A DNA stretch of 64,000 nt from Desulfomicrobium sp. (GCA_040768745.1 JAXGMI010000001.1:1152001-1216000), one strand, 5' to 3'. Shown: positions 42,257-52,151, counted from the first letter of the stretch. Numbers and translations are program-made. The notes: generated by a model from the sequence alone, not told the origin.

Positions 42257-42267
42257 CTGTATCAGGA

Positions 42268-42333
42268 AATAGAATGGTCTACGTATGATCTGTAACTTTT
42301 GGTAGTTATAGATCATGCTTGGGCCATTCTATT
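42268..42333 (+). other. Long stem-loop (30-position stem, 6-nt loop) between aprA terminator and qmoA
   Basis: Paired by hand: 25 Watson-Crick, 4 G-U, 1 mismatch. Confidence 0.8.
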
Positions 42334-42374
42334 CATTTTTATGGCCTTCAACATAATGTTCTGGGAGGAGTCGA

Positions 42375-43616
42375 ATGGCTAGCAACAGCATACTTGTCAT
42401 CGGTGGTGGATTCGCAGGACTCACCGCCGCCCTTGAGGCCGCTGAGATCGGTCACGAGGTCTTCATTGTCGAGAAGACCCCGTTTCTGGGTGGACGTGTT
42501 ATGCAGCTGAACAAATATTTCCCCAAGCTGTGTCCACCATCATGCGGTTTGGAAATTCAGTATCAGCGGATCAAGAACAACCCCAACGTAAAGTTTTTCA
42601 CCCAGGCCGAAGTGACCAAGGTGGAAGGCAGCGTAGGGAACTACGACGTCTCGGTTAGGATCAAACCCAGGTATGCGGGAGCCAGCAGCCCTGATCTTTC
42701 TGATCTTTGCGCCAGTTTAACAGGTGAAACGTGCAACGAATTCGAATTCGGTCTGGCCACGCGCAAGCCGGTCTACATGGATGCACCTTTCGCCTTTCCG
42801 CAGCGTTACGTGGTTGATAAAGCCAATTTGACCGAGGCGGACAAGAACCTGGTTCACAAGTGCGACTTCCTGGACCTGACTGAGGAAGAGAAGAACATTA
42901 CCCTGAATGTGGGATCCATTGTCATTGCCACGGGATGGAAGCCGTATGATGTCACAAAGTTGAGCAATCTTGGGGCGGGAAACGTCAAGAATTGCATCAC
43001 AAACATGCAGATGGAGCGTCTGGCTTCCCCGTATGGGCCGACAGACGGCAAAATTCTCCGCCCTTCGGACGGACGCGCCCCGCAGAAGGTCGCGTTTGTG
43101 CAGTGTGCGGGGTCAAGGGATGAAAACCATCTTCATTACTGCTCCTACATCTGTTGCATGGCTTCGCTCAAGCAGGCCCAATATGTCCGCGAACAGTGCC
43201 CAGATGCAGAGGTGACGATTTATTACATCGATTTGCGCACACCAGGTCGCTACGACAATTTTGCCAAGAAAATTCTGGCTGACGAAAAGATTTTTGCCGT
43301 CAAAGGCAAAGTCGCGGCTGTCGAGCAGGACAAGGCTGGAGACGATGTCTGGGTCACTGTGGAAGACGCGGTCTCCTGCGCCAAATCTGTCGAACGATTT
43401 GATCTCGTAGTTCTGGCCACAGGAATGCAGCCCAGCCTGGCTGGCGCGGCCCTGCCCATTGATGTGCCTGTCGATGCCGAAGGGTTCATTGTTGGGGGGG
43501 AAGAAAAAGGGATTTTCGCCGCAGGCTGTGCCAAACAACCTCTGGACGTGATGAAGTCGGCCCAGTCTGCCACGGGCGCGGCTATGAAAGCGATTCAGAC
43601 GGTGAGGGGGAGGTAG
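42375..43616 (+). CDS. qmoA: QmoA (HdrA-like flavoprotein)
   Basis: GGGFAG, YFPKLCPPSCG, QCAGSRD...YCSYICC. Confidence 0.96.
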   Translation: MASNSILVIGGGFAGLTAALEAAEIGHEVFIVEKTPFLGGRVMQLNKYFPKLCPPSCGLEIQYQRIKNNPNVKFFTQAEVTKVEGSVGNYDVSVRIKPRYAGASSPDLSDLCASLTGETCNEFEFGLATRKPVYMDAPFAFPQRYVVDKANLTEADKNLVHKCDFLDLTEEEKNITLNVGSIVIATGWKPYDVTKLSNLGAGNVKNCITNMQMERLASPYGPTDGKILRPSDGRAPQKVAFVQCAGSRDENHLHYCSYICCMASLKQAQYVREQCPDAEVTIYYIDLRTPGRYDNFAKKILADEKIFAVKGKVAAVEQDKAGDDVWVTVEDAVSCAKSVERFDLVVLATGMQPSLAGAALPIDVPVDAEGFIVGGEEKGIFAAGCAKQPLDVMKSAQSATGAAMKAIQTVRGR

Positions 43617-43619
43617 GAC

Positions 43620-45914
43620 ATGGCCGACAAGATTGGTGTATATTTTGACGAGTCGACCCTCAGCGGGGCTCTCGAGATCCAGAAACTGTGCGAGGGCGTA
43701 CAGAAGAAATGGAGCGATTTGTGTCCCGTGGTGAAGGTGCATCCGCGGCTTGCAAGCGCGGAAGGCAGAGCCATGATCCAGGCGGACATCGACGCCGGTA
43801 CGATCAACGCTGTCTGCATCTGCGGGTCTTCGCCCCGTGTTGATTGGGATTTCTACCAGTTCGGAAAAGACGTGCTGGTGGATCGCGTCAACCTCCGTGA
43901 ATTCTGTGTCCTGAGTTACAAAGATCCAGGCGGACAGCCAATGGTGTCTGGCCAGACACCGGAATTGCTGCACAAGATGGCCAACGACTACGTCAACATG
44001 GGCGTGATCAAGCTGCAAAAGGCCAACTTGCCGGACGGTGGCGCCATCGATGTGGTCAAGCGCGTGCTGGTCATCGGCGGCGGTTGGGCCGGTCTTTCCG
44101 CAGCCCTTGATGTCGCGTCGGTGGGATACGACGTCACCCTGGTGGAAAAAAAGGACGTGCTCGGTGGGGCCGCAGCAGGGATGTACAAGACCATACCCTT
44201 CAAATACCCCTATGACGCGGCCCACGCCACGGGCGTGGAAAAGAAGATCGCCGAAGTACAGTCATGTGAAAAGATAGAAGTGCTCCTCGGCAGCGAGGTT
44301 GCAAGCATTGCCGGTGCGCCTGGCAATTACGAGGTTGCGATCAAAACCGGCGGCGAAGAAAAAGTCCTGGGCATCGGCTCCGTGATTCTGGCTACGGGAT
44401 GGCTGCCTCAGGATACGTCCTTCCTCAAGCCACTGGGTTACGGAAAACTGAAAAACGTGATCACCTCGCGGGAATTCGAAGAGATGGCCAAGGCTGGAGC
44501 CATTGTCCGGAAATCTGATGGGACGAAGCCTGCCAAGGTTATGTTCCTTTTGGGATATGGCAGCAAGATGGACCAATTCGAGGTCAAGGAGCAGCAGGCA
44601 CGTGCAGCCGCCCTGGCGGCTGCCGAGGAAAAGAAAGAAACCGATGATACCCCCAAGACCAACTTCATCAAGCAGGACACCTACAAACACCTAGCTTACA
44701 GTTCGGAACTCACGTCGCTGACGGCCCTGAAGCAGGCCAACTACGTGCGCGAGTTCGTGCCTGGTGGTGTGGCCATGGTTGTCTATGAGCACATGATGGT
44801 TCCCGGATTGAACGAGCTTTACTATAAGGCCGCCCAGAACGATGCCAGTGTCATGATGACCAAGGGCGTCATCGAGGAAGTGCGCGATGGCGGCGATGGG
44901 GATATCGTGGTTGTCTTGAGAGACACCCTGCTGGGTTCAAAAGTCGAGATCGAGGTGAACATGCTGGTTCTGCCCACCGGCATGGTGCCGACGACAGCCA
45001 TCGATCCCATCCTCAAACTGAAGTACCGCCAGGGTCCGGCCATGCCTGACCTGGAACTGTTCAGCGGTTACGCCGACTCCAATTACATCTGCTTCCCCTA
45101 CGAAACCCGCCGGACCGGCATCTATGCCGCAGGTACCGTGCGCCAGCCCATGACTCTGGCCGCAGCAGAGGTGGATGCTGCGGGTGCAGCCCTGAAAGCC
45201 ATCCAGTGTCTGGAATCGGCCAACCGCGGCATGGCGGTGCATCCCCGATCTGGCGACCTCTCCTTCCCCAAGTTCAATCTGGTGCGCTGCACCCAGTGCA
45301 AGCGCTGCACCGAGGAATGTCCCTTTGGGGCCCTGGATGAGGATGAGAAGGGCAACCCGATGCCCAACACCTCTCGCTGCCGTCGTTGCGGCACGTGCAT
45401 GGGCGCCTGCCCGGAACGCGTCATTTCCTTTGACAACTACAACGTCGACCAGATCGGGTCCATGATCAAGGCCGTTGAGGTGCCTGATGACATGGCTGTG
45501 GGCGGTCCGCGCATGCTCATCCTGGCCTGCGAGAATGACGCTTATCCTGCACTCGACATGGCGGCTTTGCGTGGCAAGAAGTGGAGTCCCTATGTGCGCA
45601 TCGTGCCAGTGCGCTGCCTTGGTTCTGTCAACACCATCTGGATTGCAGACGCCATGTCCAAGGGAACGGATGGCTGCCTGCTCCTGGGCTGCAAATACGG
45701 GGAGGACTACCAGTGCCACTTCGTGAAAGGCTCGGAGTTGTGCAACCGGCGCATGGCCAACGTGGGCGAAACCTTGGGCAAGCTTGGCATTGAAACCGAA
45801 CGGGTACGGCAGCTGCAAGTCGCCATTGACGAATATGACAAGGTCCCGCAGATGATCGACGAGTTTGTTGAGGAAATCATCAAACTTGGACCCAACCCGT
45901 TCAAGGGATACTAG
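43620..45914 (+). CDS. qmoB: QmoB (HdrA-like with ferredoxin and MvhD-like domains)
   Basis: GGGWAG, CTQCKRCTEECP, CRRCGTCMGACP, ACENDAY...RCLG...GCKYGEDYQCHF. Confidence 0.96.
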   Translation: MADKIGVYFDESTLSGALEIQKLCEGVQKKWSDLCPVVKVHPRLASAEGRAMIQADIDAGTINAVCICGSSPRVDWDFYQFGKDVLVDRVNLREFCVLSYKDPGGQPMVSGQTPELLHKMANDYVNMGVIKLQKANLPDGGAIDVVKRVLVIGGGWAGLSAALDVASVGYDVTLVEKKDVLGGAAAGMYKTIPFKYPYDAAHATGVEKKIAEVQSCEKIEVLLGSEVASIAGAPGNYEVAIKTGGEEKVLGIGSVILATGWLPQDTSFLKPLGYGKLKNVITSREFEEMAKAGAIVRKSDGTKPAKVMFLLGYGSKMDQFEVKEQQARAAALAAAEEKKETDDTPKTNFIKQDTYKHLAYSSELTSLTALKQANYVREFVPGGVAMVVYEHMMVPGLNELYYKAAQNDASVMMTKGVIEEVRDGGDGDIVVVLRDTLLGSKVEIEVNMLVLPTGMVPTTAIDPILKLKYRQGPAMPDLELFSGYADSNYICFPYETRRTGIYAAGTVRQPMTLAAAEVDAAGAALKAIQCLESANRGMAVHPRSGDLSFPKFNLVRCTQCKRCTEECPFGALDEDEKGNPMPNTSRCRRCGTCMGACPERVISFDNYNVDQIGSMIKAVEVPDDMAVGGPRMLILACENDAYPALDMAALRGKKWSPYVRIVPVRCLGSVNTIWIADAMSKGTDGCLLLGCKYGEDYQCHFVKGSELCNRRMANVGETLGKLGIETERVRQLQVAIDEYDKVPQMIDEFVEEIIKLGPNPFKGY

Positions 45915-45925
45915 GAGGAGCATGT

Positions 45926-47152
45926 ATGTCCAAAACAACAAAAATTGAGCCCAATCTGCAGTTCGTGAAGGAATTGCAGGAGGTTGGTGGCGTTGATCTG
46001 AAGAAATGCTACCAGTGCGCTACCTGCTCCGTCGCATGCCCCATGTCTCCTGCCGACAACCCGTATCCACGCAAGGAAATGGTTTGGGCTCAGTGGGGCT
46101 TGAAGGACAAGCTGGTCAACGACATCGACATCTGGCTGTGCCACAACTGCGGCACCTGTTCCGAATTGTGTCCGCGCGGGGCCAAACCGGGTGACCTGCT
46201 GGCCGCGTTGCGCAACATGACCTACCGCAAGCTCGTCCCGCCCTCCATCATCGGCGAGTGGATGAGTTCGCCAAAGCATCTGCCTATCCTGGCGGGTATC
46301 CCGGCGGTTATCTTCGCGCTCATCTGGATGATCCGGGCCGCCATTGTCGGCACCTTTTTTCCGGTTACGGAAGAAGGCAAGATTGTATACGGCAACCTCT
46401 TTCCCGGGGATTTCACCATTGATCCGCTGTTCGGGTTGGTGGCCATCTGCGTGGCCATCTGCTTCGGGCTGGGCATCAAGAACATGATAGACGGATTCAA
46501 GGCCAATGTGCCGCAGACATTTGTCATCGGCTACAAGAAGCCTTCCCTGAAAGATGCGATCATCGACACCATCAAATTCGATATCCTGCAACACTCCCGC
46601 TTCAAGAACTGTGTGGACAGCCCGGCCGATGAGGAGCGGGTCAAGGGCCACCAGATCTTGTTCTATGGGTTCGTGGCCTGCTTTATTGTGACTTCAATCG
46701 TGGCCATGGCGCATTGGGGCGGAAAGGTCGTGCATCTGCTGGAGCCTGTCGGGCACACCCCCATGCCGCTGTGGCATCCGGTCAAGATCCTGGCCAACGT
46801 CGGCGCCATACTCCTTGTTACGGGGCTGACCCTGCTGACCCGCCGCCGCCTGAACGCGGACACCCAAAAGTCCCGGTCCAACTATTATGACTGGTACCTG
46901 CTGGGCGTGATCTGGGCGGTTACCCTGACCGGCATTGGGTCGGAAGTGTTCCGTCTGGCCGGCGTGGCACCCCTGGCCTTCTTCACCTATTATCTCCATT
47001 TGGTCAGCATTTTCATGCTGATCGCGTACCTGCCCTGGTCCAAGCTGGGGCACTTGGTGTACCGTACCACGGCCCTCATTTACGCCCGGTACATTGGCCG
47101 TTTGCCCAGTGGTGAAAAGCTCATCGAAGACGATAAAATCTTAGTTATTTAA
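45926..47152 (+). CDS. qmoC: QmoC (HdrC/HdrE-like membrane subunit)
   Basis: CYQCATCSVACP, CHNCGTCSELCP, TM helices with His, YLPWSKLGH. Confidence 0.96.
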   Translation: MSKTTKIEPNLQFVKELQEVGGVDLKKCYQCATCSVACPMSPADNPYPRKEMVWAQWGLKDKLVNDIDIWLCHNCGTCSELCPRGAKPGDLLAALRNMTYRKLVPPSIIGEWMSSPKHLPILAGIPAVIFALIWMIRAAIVGTFFPVTEEGKIVYGNLFPGDFTIDPLFGLVAICVAICFGLGIKNMIDGFKANVPQTFVIGYKKPSLKDAIIDTIKFDILQHSRFKNCVDSPADEERVKGHQILFYGFVACFIVTSIVAMAHWGGKVVHLLEPVGHTPMPLWHPVKILANVGAILLVTGLTLLTRRRLNADTQKSRSNYYDWYLLGVIWAVTLTGIGSEVFRLAGVAPLAFFTYYLHLVSIFMLIAYLPWSKLGHLVYRTTALIYARYIGRLPSGEKLIEDDKILVI

Positions 47153-47167
47153 TTAAAGGAGGACATC

Positions 47168-47836
47168 ATGTCTGAAGCTCGCAAGATTTTTCCCATGGAC
47201 ACCTTTGTGGCCTACCTGAAGGGTGATGGCAGCGCCAATGTTGCCGAAATGCTCTCCTATCTGACCCAGAAGGATCTCGATGCCGATTTCACTCCATTTG
47301 CCGCGGCTCTGACCAAGGCGTGGATCTACGAGCAGCATCCGGAATTGACCAAGATGTCCAAGGGACAGGTCGTCGAACTCGGCCAGTCCGTATCCGTGGC
47401 GCCCATGCCCGTGAAATCCAAGGCCGAAGTGGACGAGGTGTTCGCCAAACTGGCAGACTACAAGGGGCAGATTAATGCCAAGGCTGCCAAAATCGATGAG
47501 CTGACCAAGGCCCTGGCCGCCAAGGACGCCGAAATTGCCGCCCTGGCTGCCAAAGTCAAGGAATTCGAAGGCCAGAAAAAGGGCGAGGCCGAAGCCCTGT
47601 TCGTGACCACCGAAGCGCGCATTGTCGAGTTCACCGGCAAGCTGGAAGCCCTGCTGAAAGAAGTCGAGGAAGTGAAGAAGACCGGTGTCGTTGTCGCTGG
47701 CGTGGCTGGCGTCGCCGCCGCTGCGGGCGCTGCTCCTGCGGGAGAATCTGCCGGGGCCCCGGCAGAAGTCGGCGCCGGTGACGACTTTGGTTTTTCGGGT
47801 GGCGCCCAGGATCCTTTTGCCGACGCCAAATGGTAA
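47168..47836 (+). CDS. Conserved qmo-operon protein (QmoD-like), coiled-coil
   Basis: AAGGAGG RBS right after qmoC; AWIYEQHPEL, coiled coil, Ala-rich linker, acidic DDFGF...DPF tail. Confidence 0.8.
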   Translation: MSEARKIFPMDTFVAYLKGDGSANVAEMLSYLTQKDLDADFTPFAAALTKAWIYEQHPELTKMSKGQVVELGQSVSVAPMPVKSKAEVDEVFAKLADYKGQINAKAAKIDELTKALAAKDAEIAALAAKVKEFEGQKKGEAEALFVTTEARIVEFTGKLEALLKEVEEVKKTGVVVAGVAGVAAAAGAAPAGESAGAPAEVGAGDDFGFSGGAQDPFADAKW

Positions 47837-47859
47837 GACTCGTTCAGTCCTGAAAGATG

Positions 47860-47892
47860 AAAGGCTTCTCCTCCGGGAGGAGCCTTTTTTTT
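47860..47892 (+). terminator. Terminator of the qmo operon
   Basis: AAAGGCTTCTCC-tcc-GGGAGGAGCC followed by T8. Confidence 0.85.
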
Positions 47893-48197
47893 GGCGTTCG
47901 TCAGGCAGAGCGAATCCAATTTGGAGTTGATCATCCTTCACGCACGAATGCGAAATGCACTAGCCGGACCGCGAGGGTGTCCAGGAATGTATCTGAAGGA
48001 GACTGCAGGCAAATCTGGCCAGACAACCAGAAATCCCAGGCAGGAGCGCGGCTCGGATGCAGAGAACACATGCCCGCTGGTTTGGAGAGAAAGCCTTCCC
48101 CCTGTTTTGATGACGCACTCAGGGAATATACAGGGGTTGCTGGGTCGGTGTAATTCTGTAACGCTGCGGCTGACATCAGAGATTGACGGAGGACGGA

Positions 48198-48698
48198 ATG
48201 AAGTACTGGCTGATCAAATCAGAGCCCGGGTGTTTTTCCATCGATGATCTTGCCGCGGCTCCGCAGCAGACCACATGCTGGGACGGGGTGCGCAACTACC
48301 AAGCCCGCAATTTCATGCGTGACGAGATGAGCCCAGGGGACTTGGTTCTTTTCTATCACAGCGTAACAGATCCATGCGTGGTCGGTATCGCCAGGGTGGT
48401 ACGGGAGAGCTACCCGGATCATACTGCGTGGAATCCGGACGACACGCATTACGACCCGAGATCCACGCCGCAAAAGCCACTTTGGTTCATGGTCGATGTG
48501 CAATTCGTGGAAAAGTTTTCGTGTCCAGTTCCCTTGGCCATGCTCCGTGGGGTGAAGGGGCTGGAAAAGATGGAGGTCCTGAAAAAAGGCTCGCGGCTGT
48601 CCGTCATGCCGGTGACGGAAAAGGAGTTCATCATCGTGTCGAGCCTGGGAAACGGGTGTGCAGGAGAGCGCAAGGAGGACAGGCGCTCTCAGCATTAA
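48198..48698 (+). CDS. EVE-domain protein
   Basis: MKYWLIKSEP, WDGVRNYQARN, FYHS, RLSVMPV. Confidence 0.93.
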   Translation: MKYWLIKSEPGCFSIDDLAAAPQQTTCWDGVRNYQARNFMRDEMSPGDLVLFYHSVTDPCVVGIARVVRESYPDHTAWNPDDTHYDPRSTPQKPLWFMVDVQFVEKFSCPVPLAMLRGVKGLEKMEVLKKGSRLSVMPVTEKEFIIVSSLGNGCAGERKEDRRSQH

Positions 48699-48894
48699 TG
48701 GGACAAACTCAGGGAAATGGAAGGGAAGGATGTTCCTTCCGTCCCGGAGTTGTACCCGGGAAACAGTGGGTGCCTGCCATGAAGTCTCCACCTGACTGAC
48801 GCTGATCCGCAACATGGGACAGGTAGGTTGCGTCAACTGTTGGGTGTCTTGTCCGGATGGTCCGGACGGACCGGTCCAACAGAAGGAGGCATCA

Positions 48895-49245
48895 ATGACG
48901 CACCCCAGAAGAATTCAACACGGAATCGAGGTCCAGCTGCGGGAAAAATCCAGGGCAATCGAGGTGGAAAACAATGCACTGCGCGAGATGATGCGCCAGG
49001 ACAGGGTCCCGGAGCCGGATCTGGCAGACCAGGCCTGCGCCGCTTCCTCCCAGAACTGGATCATGGTACGCTACAACCGCAACATCACGCTGCTGAGGGA
49101 CATCAGCGTCGCCCTGAAGGCCATTGACAACGCTGGCCCTGGCCGCGGCCCTCTATCTGGCCCTGGAGCAGAAGGACAACCCCTACCGCAAGATCTATCT
49201 GGTCAAGCCGGTCATCGAGATCGGGGCCAAGCTCGGCTACCTTGA
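48895..49245 (+). pseudogene. Truncated DksA/TraR-like gene (zinc finger missing)
   Basis: AAGGAGG RBS; coiled coil with PDLADQA tip and ...ALKAIDN, then non-homologous tail in place of GxYGxC. Confidence 0.65.
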
Positions 49246-49678
49246 GGAAAAGATGGCGCCCTACGTGCGCTACATCGGGGATCTGCTCATGAAGCTCCAC
49301 GATCTGCGTCCTGCCAACCGCATCTTTGCCGACAGCGAGGGTGGCAATTTCCGATACAACCCCAAACGGTTCGAAATCCTGCCCATCGCCTTCATACGCG
49401 GCATGAACCTGGAGAATGCGGTGGTCATCATTGATGAGATGCAGAACCTCTCGCGGGCGGAAACCCGGGCGCTTCTGACCCGCATGGGCGAGAACGTGAA
49501 GTGCATCTGCCTGGGTGACACCCGCCAGGTCGACAACCCCTACCTGAACGAGTCCAACAACGGCCTGAACTGGACCGTGAAGATGCTCAAGGGCCTGCCT
49601 GGCTACGGACACATCGTGCTGAAGGGCGAGCGTTCGCGCGGACCCATCACGGATATGGTCATCAGGACCGGGTTGTAG
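49131..49678 (+). pseudogene. C-terminal fragment of a PhoH-family ATPase
   Basis: GYL..EEKMAPY, FIRGMNL, IIDEMQN, LTRMGE, GDTRQVD; Walker A and N-terminus absent. Confidence 0.75.
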
Positions 49679-49830
49679 GAGCCCAATGGGATTCCTCGCC
49701 GGCAATCTGCTGGGTGGAAACGGGGTCCAGGCACGCTGCGGATTCTGCGTGATGACCACGGATCCCGGCTGGACCGGGTCGAACTGGTGGCCTTGCGGGT
49801 GGGCCAGGGCATCGGATCTGGTGACTCTTG

Positions 49831-50025
49831 CTATTTCGGCACCTCAGGCCCACAGACGTCGCGGCTCGCGGCGAGTTTGTCTTTCCAGACCTTGAGCACT
49901 TCCAAATAGGCGGCGAAACGTTGCCGGTCCTCGTTGTTCTCCGCTTCGCGCAGTTGCGTTTCGGCCTTGCCGATCAGTGCGTCCAGGTATTTCGGGTCCG
50001 TGAACCCGTGCAGGATGTGGCTCAT
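49831..50025 (-). CDS. Small helical hypothetical protein (64 aa; frame extends upstream to 50229)
   Basis: AAGGA RBS before MSHILHGFTDPKYLDALIGKAE... Confidence 0.55.
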   Translation of the reverse strand: MSHILHGFTDPKYLDALIGKAETQLREAENNEDRQRFAAYLEVLKVWKDKLAASRDVCGPEVPK

Positions 50026-50552
50026 TCGTGTCCTTCGGGGCGCTGCGGCGCCCAGTTGCCTATGGTGTAAGTACAGAAAGATCCTCGGGTTCAGAAGACT
50101 TCTCCGGTTGGAGAGACCATGGACCAGGTTGCGGCGCAATACGCCTGGGGAGCAAACATGGGTTTCCACCAGTTCGCTGAACAACGCTTGTAAATTGTTC
50201 ACGGACTGCACTCCGTCAAGGGTTGCCATGGCGATCGTCCAGCCTTCTCAATCAGTGATGGTTGCTGCAGCAGAGATGCCAGAGGGCCTTTATGGACAGC
50301 ACACGGTCTTTGGATTGGGATGCCTGATTCCAATTCCGAGGCGAAAAGGATAGGAAAACGGGGATCTTTGCCGTAAAGGGCATGACGAAACGGTGTGCGA
50401 TGGGCAGTGTCATCCCCGGAAAAGGGCATCCATGCTTGGTTTACAGGATTGGGTGCGTGGGTTGCAAAAGCCTGCCTTTTTCCGTGGCGGACATTCCTTC
50501 GAACCGATCCCAGGCCTTGCTCGCGTATTGAACCGGTAATCGAGGAGCATTC

Positions 50553-51032
50553 ATGCGTCATACCATCTCGGCCCTGGTCCAGAATAAACCTGGGGTTCTG
50601 GCCGCTCTGGCCGCAGGCTTTCAACACCACGGCATCAACATCCGGTCCATTTCCTGCGCTGAAACCGAGCGCGAGGACGTTTCGCGCATGATTCTTTGCG
50701 TTGAGGCCTCGGTAGAGGAAGTTCGGGCCATCACCGCGGAAATAGGGTCCCTGGATTTTGTGCTCGGCATGGAGAACCTTTCTGGCCAGGAGCTCATCGA
50801 CCGCGAACTGGTCATGATCAAGGTGCAGATCACCAAGGAGACGGTCAGTCAGATTCTCCAGATTTTCGAGGTGTTTCGGGCCAATGTCATCGATATGGGG
50901 AACGAGACCATCTCGGCAGAACTTTCGGCGCCCCAGGCCAAGGTGGCTGGTCTCATACGCATTCTGGCCCCCCATGGCATCCGGTCCCTGAGCCGTACCG
51001 GCCTCATCGCCCTGTCACGAGGTGACGGCTGA
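50553..51032 (+). CDS. ilvN: Acetolactate synthase small-subunit-like ACT protein (divergent)
   Basis: HTISALVQNKPGVL...NIRSIS...SRM...RELVMIKV...FRANVID...RTGLIALSRG. Confidence 0.8.
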   Translation: MRHTISALVQNKPGVLAALAAGFQHHGINIRSISCAETEREDVSRMILCVEASVEEVRAITAEIGSLDFVLGMENLSGQELIDRELVMIKVQITKETVSQILQIFEVFRANVIDMGNETISAELSAPQAKVAGLIRILAPHGIRSLSRTGLIALSRGDG

Positions 51033-51946
51033 TGGCCACCGTGACCTCTTTGGACCGCATGGTCGATGGGGTCCGCGCCAGGGCGTCTTCGGCCAGGGTG
51101 GTCATCGCCGCCTGCGCTGACCCCAACGCCGTGCTGGCCGTCCTTGAAGCCCAGCGTCAGGGCCTGGCTGAACCAGTCTTTGTCGGCGATGTGGAGGGCA
51201 TGAGGAGGCTTCCCGAGCTTGCGGCCGAAGATTTTTCCCGTTTTGAATGCCTGCATGAATCGGATATCGGGGTCGCACTGAGACGCTCCCTCGACATGCT
51301 GCAGGAGGGCAGCGCAGAGTTTTTGATGAAGGGGGGGGTGAAGACCGACGTGTTGTTGAGAGCCGTGCTGAGCCGAAGGCAGGGCGATCAGGGTCTTCTG
51401 AGTCATATAGGCGTCTTCCCCCACCCGCGCGAGGAGCGCCTGCTCATCGTCACCGACGCGGGCGTGAACATTTCGCCTACGCTGACGCGCAAGATCGACA
51501 TCATCAACAACGCGGTCAAGGTGGCCAAGAAGCTCGGCATGAATCCTCCCAGAGTGGCCGTGCTGTCGGCCACGGAAAAAGTCTCCTACCAGGATATGGC
51601 TTCCAGCAAGGATGCAGACATTCTGGCCAAACTCTGCCGCATGGGGATTTTTGGTGACGCCCTTGTCGGGGGGCCGTTTGCCCTCGATATCGCCGTTTCG
51701 GAAGAGAAGGCTCGGACCAAGGGGGTGGATCATCCGGTGGCTGGACATGCGGACATCCTTTGTGCCCCCAACATCGTGACCGGAAACGTGCTCTACAAGG
51801 CGGTGACCAGCCTCATGGATCTGCCCATGGCCGGTGTTGTGGTCGGAGCCAGGTATCCGCTGGTGGTCCCCTCACGCGGCGATTCCGATCGCTCCAAGTT
51901 CTATGCGCTGGCCCTGGCCGCCTATCTTGCCGGCACGGACATATGA
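51032..51946 (+). CDS. Phosphate acetyl/butyryltransferase family protein
   Basis: LMKGGVKT, LLSH, TDAGVNISP, GPFALDIAVS, PNIVTGN, PSRGDS. Confidence 0.9.
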   Translation: MATVTSLDRMVDGVRARASSARVVIAACADPNAVLAVLEAQRQGLAEPVFVGDVEGMRRLPELAAEDFSRFECLHESDIGVALRRSLDMLQEGSAEFLMKGGVKTDVLLRAVLSRRQGDQGLLSHIGVFPHPREERLLIVTDAGVNISPTLTRKIDIINNAVKVAKKLGMNPPRVAVLSATEKVSYQDMASSKDADILAKLCRMGIFGDALVGGPFALDIAVSEEKARTKGVDHPVAGHADILCAPNIVTGNVLYKAVTSLMDLPMAGVVVGARYPLVVPSRGDSDRSKFYALALAAYLAGTDI

Positions 51947-52029
51947 GCGCCGGTTCCGACGCCGCTCCCCTCCCTCCCCACTTTGAGCGATGCCGTATTT
52001 CACATTCAATATTCTGAAATAGTGAGAAT

Positions 52030-52056
52030 AAAGCACTCCGCCTGGCCGGGTGCCCT
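52030..52056. promoter_or_regulatory. Degenerate CIRCE-like element next to the hsp20 promoter
   Basis: AAAGCACTC-N9-GGGTGCCCT vs TTAGCACTC-N9-GAGTGCTAA; abuts TTGACT-N16-TAACAT. Confidence 0.45.
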
Positions 52057-52151
52057 TGACTGGGTTCTGTGCCGTCTTAACATTTGAATGATCCGGTGAT
52101 TATCCGGAGCAGTGAAACACTTTGAAGACAGGTCGCGGAAGGAGGTTGACC

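Noticed and set aside
42375..45914. Selenocysteine recoding in QmoA/QmoB
   Set aside because: Both frames are open with no in-frame TGA
49686..49910. Short + strand ORF or frameshifted remnant after the PhoH fragment
   Set aside because: No family recognisable; overlaps a better-supported - strand ORF
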